Assembly (NCBI GenBank): GCA_951406725.2
Contig: OX597828.1
Location: 24,552,001 to 24,616,000, forward strand
DNA: 64,000 bases
Source: Octopus vulgaris
Lineage: Eukaryota
Reading direction: 5' to 3'
The position numbers and the translations under genes are program-made. The notes under the pieces were generated by a model that made no database searches, had not been told where the DNA came from, and saw only the letters and a list, made by a program, of their open reading frames with translations. Shown in pieces: positions 1 through 12,419 of the stretch. Each line of letters opens with the position of its first letter. Within the stretch, counting starts at the first letter, position 1.

Positions 1-980
1 AAAACCAACCAACAAAACATATCGTTCGCATTCACACTGTAATGCCTTATTAGTAAAAATATGTATGATTATAATTGTATAATATATATAATATATATTT
101 TTATATATATATATATATATATACAAATTGAGATAGGGGTTGTGAGTGCAACCCACCATGGGATAACATATATCCAATATACTGCCAGTAAAGCACCCAA
201 CAAAGTTAATACATAAATGTTAAGAATTGCGATGCAATTAATTCATTTATTGTATTATATGGGCGAAGGTAAAATGTTTTACCTCAAATTCATAATACAA
301 AATAAGAAAATGGAAAAACACATCTTAATCAATGATCAACTACCAGATGATACCCATTCACATAATTTATTAACCAACGACATATGAACATCAAGGTCAA
401 ACACAATAGTACAGAACAGAACAGTGCACATCAATGAGTAAAAATGAAACAATAAGTACAATATTTATAAATAAATATAAATAAATATAAATATAAATAT
501 AAACTATATATACATATTGTACTTATTGTATCATATTACTCATTGATGTGCACTGTTCTGTTCTGTACTATTATGTTTGACCTTGATGTTCATATGTAGT
601 TGGTTAATAAATTATGTGAATGGGTATTATCTGGTAGTTGATTATAGATTAAGGTGTATGTATGTATTTGTATGTATATATGTATACATATACAGTTATG
701 TATATCCATATACATATATGTATATATATACATATGTATATGTATATATAGATACATATACATATACAAATATATGTATATGTATATATATGAATGTATT
801 ATGACTGTCAGTATCAGACGAACGGGAACATGAAACTGAGTAATAATTCTGTGATAATTTTGCACCATTATACGTTCGATTGGTTACCCCACTTCGATCC
901 TCACTGGACTTCCTATTCGGTTGGACTTGCATCTGAACTACTTTCCCGTCGTGCATATATATATACATATATATAATTAT

Positions 981-1203
981 TCTTTGACTCCTTTATTTGT
1001 TTCAGTCATTTGATTGTGGCCGTGCTAGAGCAACGCCTTTTGTCGAACTGACCACAAAACGTATTCTTTGTAAGGCTGGTACTAATTCTATTGTTCTCTT
1101 TTGCAAAGTTACGGGTTACACAGCAGTTGTCAAGCGATGATGGGGCGGTACCAAACACAGACACACAAACATACACACACACACTTACACACACAAACAC
1201 ACG

Positions 1204-1235
<32 letters not shown>

Positions 1236-1345
1236 CATGCACGACGGGCTTCTTTTAATTTCCATCTACCAGATCCACTGGAAAGGCTTTGGTCGGCCCA
1301 AGGCTATAGTAGAAGGTACCTGCCCAATGTGCCAAGCAGTGAGTG
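981..1345 (-). mobile_element. tRNA-derived SINE family A, 5'-truncated
   Basis: Shares the ttgtttcagtcatttga..gagcacc tail and tctaccaaatccact body with many other copies. Confidence 0.85.
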
Positions 1346-1670
1346 ATATTGAACATGATATATATTACTAGTGAAAAAATCCATAAAATGTAAGGGAATA
1401 ACTAATTTTGATGCACGGAAAAATAGGGTATATATACATGTACGTGTATATAGTTAAATGTGGTGTTGAATGGATTACCAAATTTATTACGTATCAACGA
1501 AAACTCTATTTAAGGTGCTGTCAATCAGCGTATAAAAATTATGTAAGGGAATGTACTCAGACATGCCTATTTGCCAGTTTGAGTAAGTTACCTCCCTTGA
1601 ACATAAAAATCTTTACGTTATTTGTATTCGAAGGACCTGAGTAACAATGCATAGGCTTCTATGAGAATCC

Positions 1671-1715
1671 ATACATACATACATACATACATACATACAT
1701 ACATACATACATACA

Positions 1716-1749
<34 letters not shown>

Positions 1750-2389
1750 CATATATACATATAACATGCATACATGCATACATACATGCATACATGCATA
1801 CATACGTACATGCATACATACATACATGCATACGTAATGCATACATACATGAATATATGCATACATACAAGCATGCATGCATACATACATACATGCATAC
1901 ATGTATGCATACATACATACATGCATACATGCATGCATACATACATGTATACACATACATAAATACATACAAATAAATACATACATACATATATAAATAT
2001 ATACATACATACATATATAAATAAATACATACATACATACATATATAAATAAATACATACATATATAAATAAATAAATAAATACATACATATATAAATAA
2101 ATAAATACATACATATATAAATAAATACATACATGCATACATAAATTAATACATACATGCATGCATACATGAATACATACATACATACATACATACATAC
2201 ATACATACATACATACATACATACTTGGATTCGACGGACGTGTAGCAGTTGCATGGGCTTCTATGAGAATACATACATACGTACATACATACATACATAC
2301 ATGCATGCATGCATATATACATGCATGCATGCATATATACATACATACATACATACATACATACATACATACATACATACATACATACA

Positions 2390-2421
<32 letters not shown>

Positions 2422-2435
2422 GACATACATACACA
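1671..2435. repeat. (TACA)n/(CATG) compound microsatellite
   Basis: Direct inspection. Confidence 0.95.
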
Positions 2436-2439
2436 TCGT

Positions 2440-2580
2440 CAGAGATGTATTAACAAATTTGCAGTAAAACCTAGAAATACTTGGTTTCGCAGGAAAAGAG
2501 AAAAAGAAGCCAGCGTGGATTCTACAAATCCAATCTATTAGTGACACAGAAAAGATTTGTAAGAAAATCCAGTTCCAGAG
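2440..2580 (+). mobile_element. RLE LINE C-terminal remnant adjoining a (TACA)n array
   Basis: Translates NLEILGFAGKEKKKPAWILQIQSISDTEKICKKIQ, homologous to 7360-7476. Confidence 0.6.
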
Positions 2581-3329
2581 ATTCTCCACGTGAGATTCGT
2601 ATATATGCATTCACAGTTCAACCAACATTCCAACTCACCCATATATACACAAACACCGGTGTTTCTCTTAATTCAAAGAGTCCTGTTGCTTTGTTAGCAA
2701 CCGGTTCGAACTCTCTTAAGAACATAAACTCCACGAAAAACCAATTGTTACTTTCGCTTTTTGTACTTTGATTCATATTTTGCCATGTTGTACCCCCATA
2801 AACATTCGATGTTTCAAAAATCGATGTATATATGTATTTATGCATGTATGCATGTATGTATATAATTCGATGTTTCAAAAATCGTATTACATTTTAATAT
2901 TTAAATATGATTAGGAATTGTATTAAAAGGTTGTTAAAATATTTCGTTTTTTGGATTTGGTTTGCAAGAATCTTTATGTGAGTTCGTGTGTTGAAGCACA
3001 TTCTGTTGTCTGAGGACAGTCATCCTCTTTTAGTGCCTTATACTCGGTAAAAGTTCCAGTCATTTCCTTCATTATCTTTCTAAAATTTTCGTTGCTTCTA
3101 GCAACCTTTTCGTTAGAGTCAAAACTATTGAAAAGTTTGCAAAACGCAACGGAAATTTTAGATAAATAAATAAGGAAATAAGTGGAAATTTTACCGGTGT
3201 GTGTGTTTAATTATAAGGCCCGAAAAGAGAATGATTCTCCCCACACACAACAGTTGTTAAAATGCTTTGTGTATTGTAGAAGAAAAACTAATTTATTGCA
3301 TATAACTTTTAGCTACAATATCTGATATG

Positions 3330-3620
3330 GACTCCGGTTGTGAACCATTGGGATAGAGATCGAATATGGTTGGACTATATGTGTTCCACGCCTGATGTAG
3401 TTATACTGTCCCGAGGAGATGAACTATCCTAAATTTGTGACTATGAAACGAAAAACATGTTAAGGCTAACATAACCCGCCAGATATTGTTGTGTGGGACC
3501 ATAAAAGACATATTTATTCCAAAGGAAGAGACGACCTCATGGGCATTGTACTGAGTGGAAATTAGCAAATACCAAGATTTAGATCAGTAGCGTAGGGAAA
3601 TAGGTAGCAAGTTGTGGTTA
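3330..3620 (+). mobile_element. RLE-domain LINE fragment
   Basis: cataacccgccagatattgttgtgtgggaccataaaaga (PDIVVWDHK), nearly identical to the minus-strand copy at ~4940-4975. Confidence 0.6.
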
Positions 3621-3758
3621 AATACTGTTGAAATGGAAGATGTTAACATCCACTGAGTATTCTATATTTAAGACATGAGGAATTATGTACATTATTTAGA
3701 TTATTTACATTATTTACATTATTTACATTTGACGGATATTTGTCCTCATCTTGTTTGT

Positions 3759-3805
3759 TAACACAACATTTCGGCTGATATACTCTCCAGCCTTCATCGG
3801 GTGTC
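3759..3805 (-). ncRNA. Hammerhead ribozyme motif (degenerate) in a PLE-like repeat
   Basis: GACAC-CCGAUGA-A-GGCUG(GAGAGUAUAU)CAGCC-GAAAUGUU-GUGUU. Confidence 0.6.
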
Positions 3806-4559
3806 CTGGGGAAATTTCGAACCTGGGTTCTCATTCCCAAGGTATTTTTAGATGTTATTATTTATTTTTTTCCTTCTTTCTTCAAGTTTTCTTCTATTTC
3901 TCGTCGAGTGTTTTCCGTACACCTAGGGCAGAGAAGCGTAGTAAGAGTAACAATTTATGTATTTTTAAATTAAACTCGAAAGAGATCTCGGTTCAAGCAA
4001 TTTTTTTTTTCAATTTCTTCAAAGTTATGCTTTTTTAGTTAAACACAAAATAATTTCGGTATAAACTTTGTTCAAAGAGTAAGAAAAATTATTCAGTGAA
4101 AGCTCTCACCTGAAAAATACTTTCTGAATGTATATTTTGGGAAATTTCAAAAATTTTCTTTCCTTTTTCGCGAATAATAATCCTCTCTGACTAGGGTTAG
4201 ACTTTTTAATGTCCGTCTCTGTTCATATATATATGTAAGTGATGCGTTTACTACCATAAATTTTCAACAGCAACAAAGACGATCACCAGCACCGCCGTCG
4301 CCACCACGAGCACCACAACAACAACAACAACAACAACTGACCCAGCATCCCCCACTCCTTGATTCAACCTACAGTTGATGACCGGGTCAGCAGCCAATTC
4401 TGCTACAACAGTTACAGCTACAACAAACACTTTGACCAGCTTTAATATACCCATATTTTCATATCACTAACTACTAAATCCAAAGAAATTGCATCTTTAG
4501 CGACTTCAGATATTGCACTTTTAGCTTTCTCATACTGGGGTGGAGGGGCAGAGATTCTA

Positions 4560-4614
4560 ACTGGGGGTGCTGAGCACCCCATAGCCCCCCCCCCGCGCCG
4601 TAGCTACGTGCCTG
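4560..4614. mobile_element. GC-rich terminal repeat of a non-autonomous DNA transposon (hAT-like end)
   Basis: gggggtgctgagcacccc hairpin + poly-C + gtagctacgtgcctg; reads CAGGCACGTAGCTAC on the minus strand; partner end not found. Confidence 0.35.
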
Positions 4615-4716
4615 ATGTAGCCTATTGCTCCAATAATAATGGGTAGGAAGCTGAAAGTGTATCTTGGGTACTGGATTTGCAAACTTCTTATCAATGTGCT
4701 ATAGATGTTCTATATA

Positions 4717-4885
4717 GGCACAGGAGTGAGTGCGTGGTAAATAGCTTGCTTACCAACCACATGGTTCCGGGTTCAGACCCACTGCGTGGCACCTCGGGCA
4801 AGTGTCTTCTACTATATCATAGGGCCGGCTAAAGCCTTGTGAGTAGATTTGGCAGACGGAAACTGAAAGAAGCCCGTCGTATAAA
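4717..4885 (+). mobile_element. SINE family A, 5' half
   Basis: ggcacaggagtg..tggtaa (A box)..ggttcagaccc (B box)..gacggaaactgaaagaagcccgtcgt. Confidence 0.85.
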
Positions 4886-6790
4886 GAAGCCCAGTGATCA
4901 GTGGGAAACTGATTTCCAAAACTCAGCATGTCTTTTCTTTATGGTCCCACACAACAATATCTGGCCTTTTTATGTTGTTCGTGTGATAGTAAAAACTTAG
5001 ACACGATATTTATTGGTCTCTTTCCTCTGCTGCAGATGTCGTTTCAGTGTCACAATCCGTGCTTCAAATGACATCAGTATAGATTTGAGACCACAGCCAC
5101 CTTCATTGCGTGGGGAATATAGACTGTCTGTATCTCCATTGATTCGAACATCTCCCCCATTCAGTTCAGAAGAACTAATGTAGGCGTGAGGACAGGCACT
5201 GCAAAGGCGTTGTGGACAATGTTTGTTGTAAGCTGAAATTTCTAATGACCGTGGATATTCATTTCTGGTCTTCTCCTTATTTACAGGTGCATCATATCTG
5301 ACATTTGCATCCCGTCCGAAATATCTATAATTGTCACCTGACTTTTGAGGTTGTATTGCCAAGCCAGTTATTCTTAGGATTTCAGAGGAATGTACACAAC
5401 CTTTCCTTGCTTTACTGTCAAAAAGCACATTTAGACTCACCAAATTTCATCCTAATGTCTATAGAAAATTGGCTTATAAGTTCAATTGCTTTTTATGCAT
5501 ACATTTTATCCATACATTTTCATGCCGTCGGCAAAGAAAACATGAGAGATACTTCTGGATCCATTTCTTTGGTCACTATTTTTTTGTGAGCAGGTATGAC
5601 AGTGGATTTAATGAGAGGACAAAGAGTAACACCGACAGGCTATCACCTTGAAAGATGCTTTCAGGTAATGGATTCTCTCCGACTCGATTTGAAACTTATC
5701 ACTCTTAAGGTACAACGTGATGCGCCAGGTTTTGGTCAGGCGTTCAATAGCACTCGCCGGTGATGGTTGAATATTGGCTAACTGTAAAGCCCTGTTAATC
5801 GACCCATGTGGCTTACTATCGAAAGCCTTCTGGTAGTCCAGTCACAACGGTTGAGTTGCTGCGATTGTTGTCTTTTTTTTTCTTGGATCATTTTGTTAAT
5901 TAGTTACTGCAGTATACAGCTCCACGCCACTTTTTTACATCTAACTTGCTCAGGTGTTATATTGTTGTTGGTAGCACAAATATCCTGCAAGAACAGTTTG
6001 AGGCACCAAGTGGAAAGCTTACACATAAACGTTCGGGCAGACTACTGGGCGGTGAAGGTACATAGCTCAGTGGTTAGAGCCTCGGGCTCACTACTATGAG
6101 GTTGTGAGTTCGATTCCCTGACGGGGCTCGTGTTGTGTTCTTGAGCGAGACACTTTATATTCATGCTCCAGTTCACTCATCTGTATATTCATGTTGCGAC
6201 GTTCGCTGGTACGATACTGTATCGGCCCGTTTGCATTTCCCTTGGAAAACAGGAATGGCGTGAAGAGGGAGAGCTGATGTGCAAGGGCGACTGCTGGTCT
6301 TCCATAAACAAATCTGCCTGGACTTATGTCTCGGAGGGGAACTTTCAAACTGCAATCCTATGGTCATTCATGACCGAATGAGGCCTTTATCTTTACCCTA
6401 TTATGCGGTAAATTTTAGCAAGGGTTTGGCTATTTTGAGGGATGTGGAGAGTAGTTGCAGTCGTTAATCATTTGAGCAGTTCTTCATATTTTCTCCATAC
6501 AACGATCGAAGGCGAGAATTTCCTATAGAACTATAGAACTGTTTCCAATATTTCGCCATCTATTTCAAATTGCTTATGCTGGATATGCCTGCAGTAGTCA
6601 TGCTCCAGTTATTTTAATCATATAGCTTGTTTGTTTTATTGATCATTTGTTTTCCATACTGATTTCCATTAGCCATGCAACCTGTTCTTTTGTGGGTTGA
6701 TTTTTACAGAGATCGAATCATTTGCATTGACATTGCGGTAGACTAACTTATGGTGTAAGGCAACTAATTTATTACTCATGCGCCCTTCAT
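4885..6790 (-). mobile_element. Decayed RLE-type non-LTR retrotransposon (R4/Dong-like): reverse transcriptase and endonuclease remnants, interrupted by a SINE at ~6052-6400
   Basis: Minus-strand frames give LDYQKAFDS, IFQGDSLSVLLFVLSLNPLSYLL, ISHVFFADGMKMYG (degenerate YxDD), LYSPRNEGGCGL (thumb) and RPDIVVWDHKEKTC (RLE); frameshifts and stops present. Confidence 0.85.
6052..6400 (+). mobile_element. tRNA-derived SINE family B, nested in the LINE
   Basis: agctcagtggttagagc (A box), gagttcgattcc (B box), body tccataaacaa..tggtcattcatgaccga. Confidence 0.85.
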
Positions 6791-7254
6791 ACGTTGTACG
6801 CCTATATTTGTAAGATAGTTTATTTAATAAGTAATAGTAGTTGTGGGTTCATCTTTCCACTTGCCGCCAGTGTTCCCCCTTTTTTTTTTATTACAAGGTG
6901 GAATGGAAATTTAGAATCAAGAATAAAGTTGTCAAGGGGAATAACTCTAAACAGTAAAACTTAAGAGTTATCTCCCATGCTGGATTTTTAAAAATAAATA
7001 TTTGAAGGTTACGACTGATATTTAGATGTCTTTTTTAGAAGTACCAGTCCAATTCACCAACAAACCGCAATGACGGTGCCTAGTCTTAATCCAACATAGA
7101 CATTGTCAATGGCTTGATAGCGGTACGCTATCATGCCATCATAGTGCATTCTTCAGACATCATAGTGCATCTAGTTTAGAGAAATGCAGCAAAAGCAGGC
7201 ATTACACGCCTGCACGCCCGCATACATGCATACATACACCGAAGCAGTCTCTCA

Positions 7255-7560
7255 CAGACAAATACTGAACAATTAAGCAATCTTCAGTTACTCTATCCAA
7301 ATTGCAAGTTCACTTTTATACCTGTAATTATTGGGACACTGCATTATGTAACACGCTGCCTAAATGCCAATCTTGAGAAATTAGATTTCTCAAAACCAGA
7401 AAGGAGAAAGCTGATTCGAAGACTACAGATCCAATCCATCACTGGAGCTGTAAAAATCTGTAGAACTTTCCAGTAGTTTACCATTTAAGTATATATGAAA
7501 CCAAATGCACGAAAAAACATATATAAAAATCAAAATATGCATATCTACACGTATATATAC
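7255..7560 (+). mobile_element. RLE LINE 3' end followed by (TACA)n
   Basis: Translates LQLLYPNCKFTFIPVIIGTLHYVTRCLNANLEKLDFSKPERRKLIRRLQIQSITGAVKICRTFQ*, a typical RLE C-terminus (PxxIGxLG ... LQ...G...I). Confidence 0.75.
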
Positions 7561-8803
7561 GTACATACATACATACATACATACATACATACATACATAC
7601 ATACATACATACATACATACTTATATACAAAAATATATACGTACATAAATACCTCCATACATACAACAATACATACATACATACATATATACATACATAC
7701 ATACTTACATACATCAATACTTACATACATAAATATATACGTACATAAATACCTACATACATACGTCAATACATACATAAATACATACATACATACATAC
7801 ATACATACATAAATAGATACGTACATGCATAAATACATACATACATATATAATACATACATACATACATACGTACATATATACATACATACGTACATATA
7901 TACACACATACATACACACATACACACATGCATAAATACATACATACATTAATACATACATAAATACGTAAAATACATACATACATACTTAAATACATGC
8001 ATATATAAATTCATACATACATGAATACATACATGAATACATACATAAATGCATACATACATACATACATACATACATACATACATACATACATACATAC
8101 ATACATACATACATACATACATACATACATACATACATACATACATACGTACGTACATTAATATATACATACATATATAAATACGTACATACATACGTAA
8201 ATTCATACATAAATACATACATAAATGCATACATATATTAATACATACATACGTACATGCAAAAATACATAAATTACATACATACATACATACACACATA
8301 CATACACATACATACGTACATACACATACAAAAAATACATACATGCATAAATACATACATACATATATACATACATACATAAATACATACATATATACAT
8401 ACAAAAATATATACATATATATACATAAATACATACACACATACATACCTAAATACATACGCACATACATACATACATACATACATACATACATACAAGC
8501 ACATATGCATACATACACACATACATACACATGTACATACATACATGCATACACACATATACATACATACACACATACATATATACATACATACATGTAC
8601 ACACACATACATGCACACATATATACATACATGCACACATGCATGTATACTTACATGCATACATGCATGCATACTTACATGCATACATACATGCACACAT
8701 GCACACATACATACATACATACATACATACATACATACATACATACATACATACATACATACATACATACATACATACATACATACATACATACATGCAC
8801 ACA
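7560..8803. repeat. ~1.2 kb degenerate (TACA)n microsatellite
   Basis: Direct inspection. Confidence 0.95.
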
Positions 8804-10119
8804 TTTCAATTACCAAGAGTTTGATTCGGAAACCTTTCGTTGGTTTTAAATCGTCCATGGTTTCTTTACTGGTTTCGAACTGGTCCCGTGTATTCACCTT
8901 TTTCCGTAAGAGGTAACAAAGGCTTTGGATTTGCTATTTACCGCTGCTCCCGAAAATGTCAGTTACGACTCCGATCCCCTTATAATCTTGCGATCAGTTC
9001 TTAATAAACGGAAAGAAAAACTATCCAAAGCTGCAAACTGCATACTCTCACTGCACTTCTTCACTTCTCTAATTCAATTGGGGCTACATGCAAAGCATTG
9101 GTACCGCTTATATTAAAATCCAAAGCGCGATTTTGGAGACCGTAGCAGTCTATCTTGTCTTATCGAGAGAGTATTTAAAAATACAGTATTTAAATCTAGA
9201 CAATGCACAGCGACCAGCCCCGATAGTAACAAGTTCTAGAAACATGAATACGAAACAGGCCTCCCTCTCCGGTCGGCCCCTTGTTGCAATCTCACGCTCG
9301 TCAGATTAATGACCGTCCCAAAGAGAGAGCTGCTCTTTTAGGGATTATCAGGAACCTGTGTTTGCAATTATTCTTTTGAAAATTCAAATGTACTATCTTC
9401 ATCGACATTGATACCAAATTCTAAAAACTTAAATTTAAGAAACAGAACAATAAAATGATTATATCTTACTTTCAGCACATTTGTTACATTTGTCCAACTC
9501 CAGGCAAAAATCAAGATCGTCATTGTTTCCATCGTGGTTTCATAGCAAAATCCATATCAGGACTCAAACTACATTCACGCACCCATCGCAAATAGATGCA
9601 GCTATTTTTTTTTTATTCTTAATCCTTTTCTTTTTCTAAATCCTTTCCTTCAAACACTCATACCTGGAAATCGACGGGAATGACCATCATATTTATTCGC
9701 TGGCAACGAAAGCAAGAGTGAACTAGCGTGGAAGTCGTTCGTGTGACACGACTTACCGCAGATCATCTCATTGACAGAGCTGTAGTCATAGGTTAGACCT
9801 GTGCCAAGGTTGGGCGTTTGACATTAGAAGGTTGCCAAGTGCTCACTGAATTGTACCAGCAGGACAAAATCGTTAGCGGTTTTGTCCTGCTAACGGGCAT
9901 AGTTGAAGGAATTAGCGACGATGGCCTACGATTGACTATGACTAGAATAGTCTGAGTAGCCTCCTTCAGGTGGCTTTTGGATCGAAGATAATGGACAATT
10001 TGCGAAGTCTTTGGCATAGCAGTGCTACAGGAAGAGATTTCCTGTTCGAAGCAAGCTCTCCAGGCACGGAAGCATCAACAGCCGAACCTACCAGAGATAT
10101 ATACTTATTACATATTACA

Positions 10120-10149
<30 letters not shown>

Positions 10150-10153
<4 letters not shown>

Positions 10154-10900
10154 TACTTTTAATCTGCATGTTTGTTACAACCACTTGCAGAGACACACCC
10201 AGCGTCCAAAGGTGAATGAAGGATGAGAGGTGATACACTATGACTGAAAGGTTAGGGGAGGGAGAGTGAAAGGTGTAGTAGCGAAATATCTTCATGCAAT
10301 GCAACACAGACATTTTTCTAAGGACGTGGGCAATACTTCTCAACACAATCTTTTGGATATCTCTGAGACATGGTTCTCCTGGGAAATTATCAAGATATTT
10401 CTGACATCCCTCTCATATCATGCGTAGAGCACCCAAAATAAAAAGAACAATTCTCGCCTTAATATGCCACATCTTTTGTATTTCAATTTTCAGGTCCTTA
10501 TATTTACTTCATTTGTCAAATTCCTTTACAGATATAATTTTATCAGTGGGAACACATATCTATTAGTCTAAAAGTATTTTCTTGCCCGTCTTTAACGACT
10601 ATGTCTCGTCGAATAGCCTGGATCTTTCTGGCAGTGTTGACTGGAAAATCTCAGAGGATAGTGACGTTTTCACATTCAATGACTGGCTCAGGATGATGTT
10701 CATTCCAGTAAGCAGGAGTGCTGGTTTTGTATTGTTTAAATATTTTCTAATCTAAATACTGTCCTACCCTATTGTGGCGATTTTTCTATACTTTCGGTGT
10801 CAGCACAGGACATCCCGAGACGAGATGGCCCATTGATTCATCAAATTTATCCCAGAATCTGCATGTGGGGTCAAAACTGTTTTGGAGAACGTTAGCCTGG
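10150..10900 (-). mobile_element. 5'-truncated Dong/R4-like LINE (CCHC + RLE) inserted in (TAA)n
   Basis: Minus frame: DPTCRFWDKFDESMGHLVSGCPVL..RHNRVGQ..RRDIVVKD..IDMCVPTD..KYKDLKIEIQKMW..GALRMI..IQKIVLRSIAHVLRK; TAA repeats on both sides. Confidence 0.88.
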
Positions 10901-10922
10901 TATTATTATAATAATAATAATA

Positions 10923-11020
<98 letters not shown>

Positions 11021-11021
<1 letters not shown>

Positions 11022-11335
11022 TCGCTATTCCATGCAAATTTAGCAGGCGTTTTCTTTTGATGTTTGGTAACAAGTCTCCTCAAATCTCAAGAATCTCTCT
11101 TAGAATTCTTGCAGAATATAGGATAGAACTTTTCTATTGGTTGACAATGTGAATTTCAATTCCAGTTTCTTTCAGTCTTTTTGGTAACCTTTTTGTGTGT
11201 GTTGTGCCAATTGCTCCTATTACTACCGGTATCCAGTTGGAATAGCCACTGTCTTTCCACAAATTGATTTTTTTTATTCTGAAAGTCTTTGATTTGAGAT
11301 AGAGAACATGTATTTCTCTGTCCAAATTTCATGCA
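11021..11335 (-). mobile_element. Dong/R4-like LINE 3' fragment ending in (TAA)n
   Basis: IPVVIGAIGTT..RLKETGIEIHIV, then a short 3'UTR running into TAA repeats at 11020. Confidence 0.75.
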
Positions 11336-12419
11336 TTCTTTTCCGGTATCCACTTTTGGTAGGCTCGCTACGGTAACAATATTCCATTACAATTCTATTG
11401 TCATTTTGAGTCCATTTTCTCCTAATCTTTGTAACAGTATTTGGATAACGGCCAGGTCCACTCGATTGCGCAGTGAAGCGCTTGCCGTGCGAGAAACCTC
11501 AATCAGGGTTCGGGTCTCCTAAACGCAGTTGTGATGATTTTTATTTGACATTACACTCATGAAGAGGATAATTTTGATGAGATGTCACAACCACCGAGAC
11601 ACTGTCTCTAGATTTACCAGCCAGGGCTAAAGAGATCCTTTTCTCTCTGTGGTAGACTTAATCCCATGAAAAATTTCCCTACCTGATTTTTCTTTTGCAA
11701 AGTTTATGATCTCACACCCTTTGTTTGTTTGTTTGTTTGTTTGTTTTTGTCCTCTAGACTCCTCCCTAGATTCTTTGCTTCAATAGCATGATCAGTTTTT
11801 ATGAAGAAATCTCTTTAAAAAAATCCCTAATTATCGTTCACCATTACAGCCGCTGTATCATATTCATACTGCTTTTCTATCCCTTTGAGTCTACAAAGTT
11901 TGCAAACACCGAAATGCTCTCTTTTACCGACACACTCATGTCTGTGTTTATACTCGTTTTATGCTAGCTTACTGCATCCATTTAAAAACAGCTTCGGAAT
12001 CGATTTAGTTTTAGTGTTCCTTATCTTACATGTCCTCGCGTGTGTCTATATCATAAATTGTTTATTAACGTTTGACCTAAGCCTGAACACAAACTAGATA
12101 TTCTATTTTATTTTACCCTGACATTTAGATTACATCAAACACCAATAATGGCAGCAACTTTACCGGTTCAATTTTGAAATAAACAAGAGTATCAAATATA
12201 ATTTTATATTAATGATAAATGTTGATGTCTCACTTGATATTATTAAATTTCTGCGATTACGACATGAAATAGGCGAATATAAATATAACACGTCTCTAGA
12301 ATCTGCTGCTACAAACAAACATTCAGCCATGCACAGCACAAACGGCGATTATTGAGACTCGATAAAAGCATTTACCGTTGTCGCTGTTGCTGCTGCAGTT
12401 GCTACAGCAGCGGCAGTTG

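Noticed and set aside
6052-6125. tRNA-like A/B box sequences here and at 35470-35548, 37250-37327 and 41655-41715
   Set aside because: They are SINE heads continuing into shared SINE bodies; no complete cloverleaf
1613-8916. Long MYVC/HTYI-repeat ORFs (up to 255 aa)
   Set aside because: Translations of (TACA)n microsatellites, open in several frames on both strands; not genes
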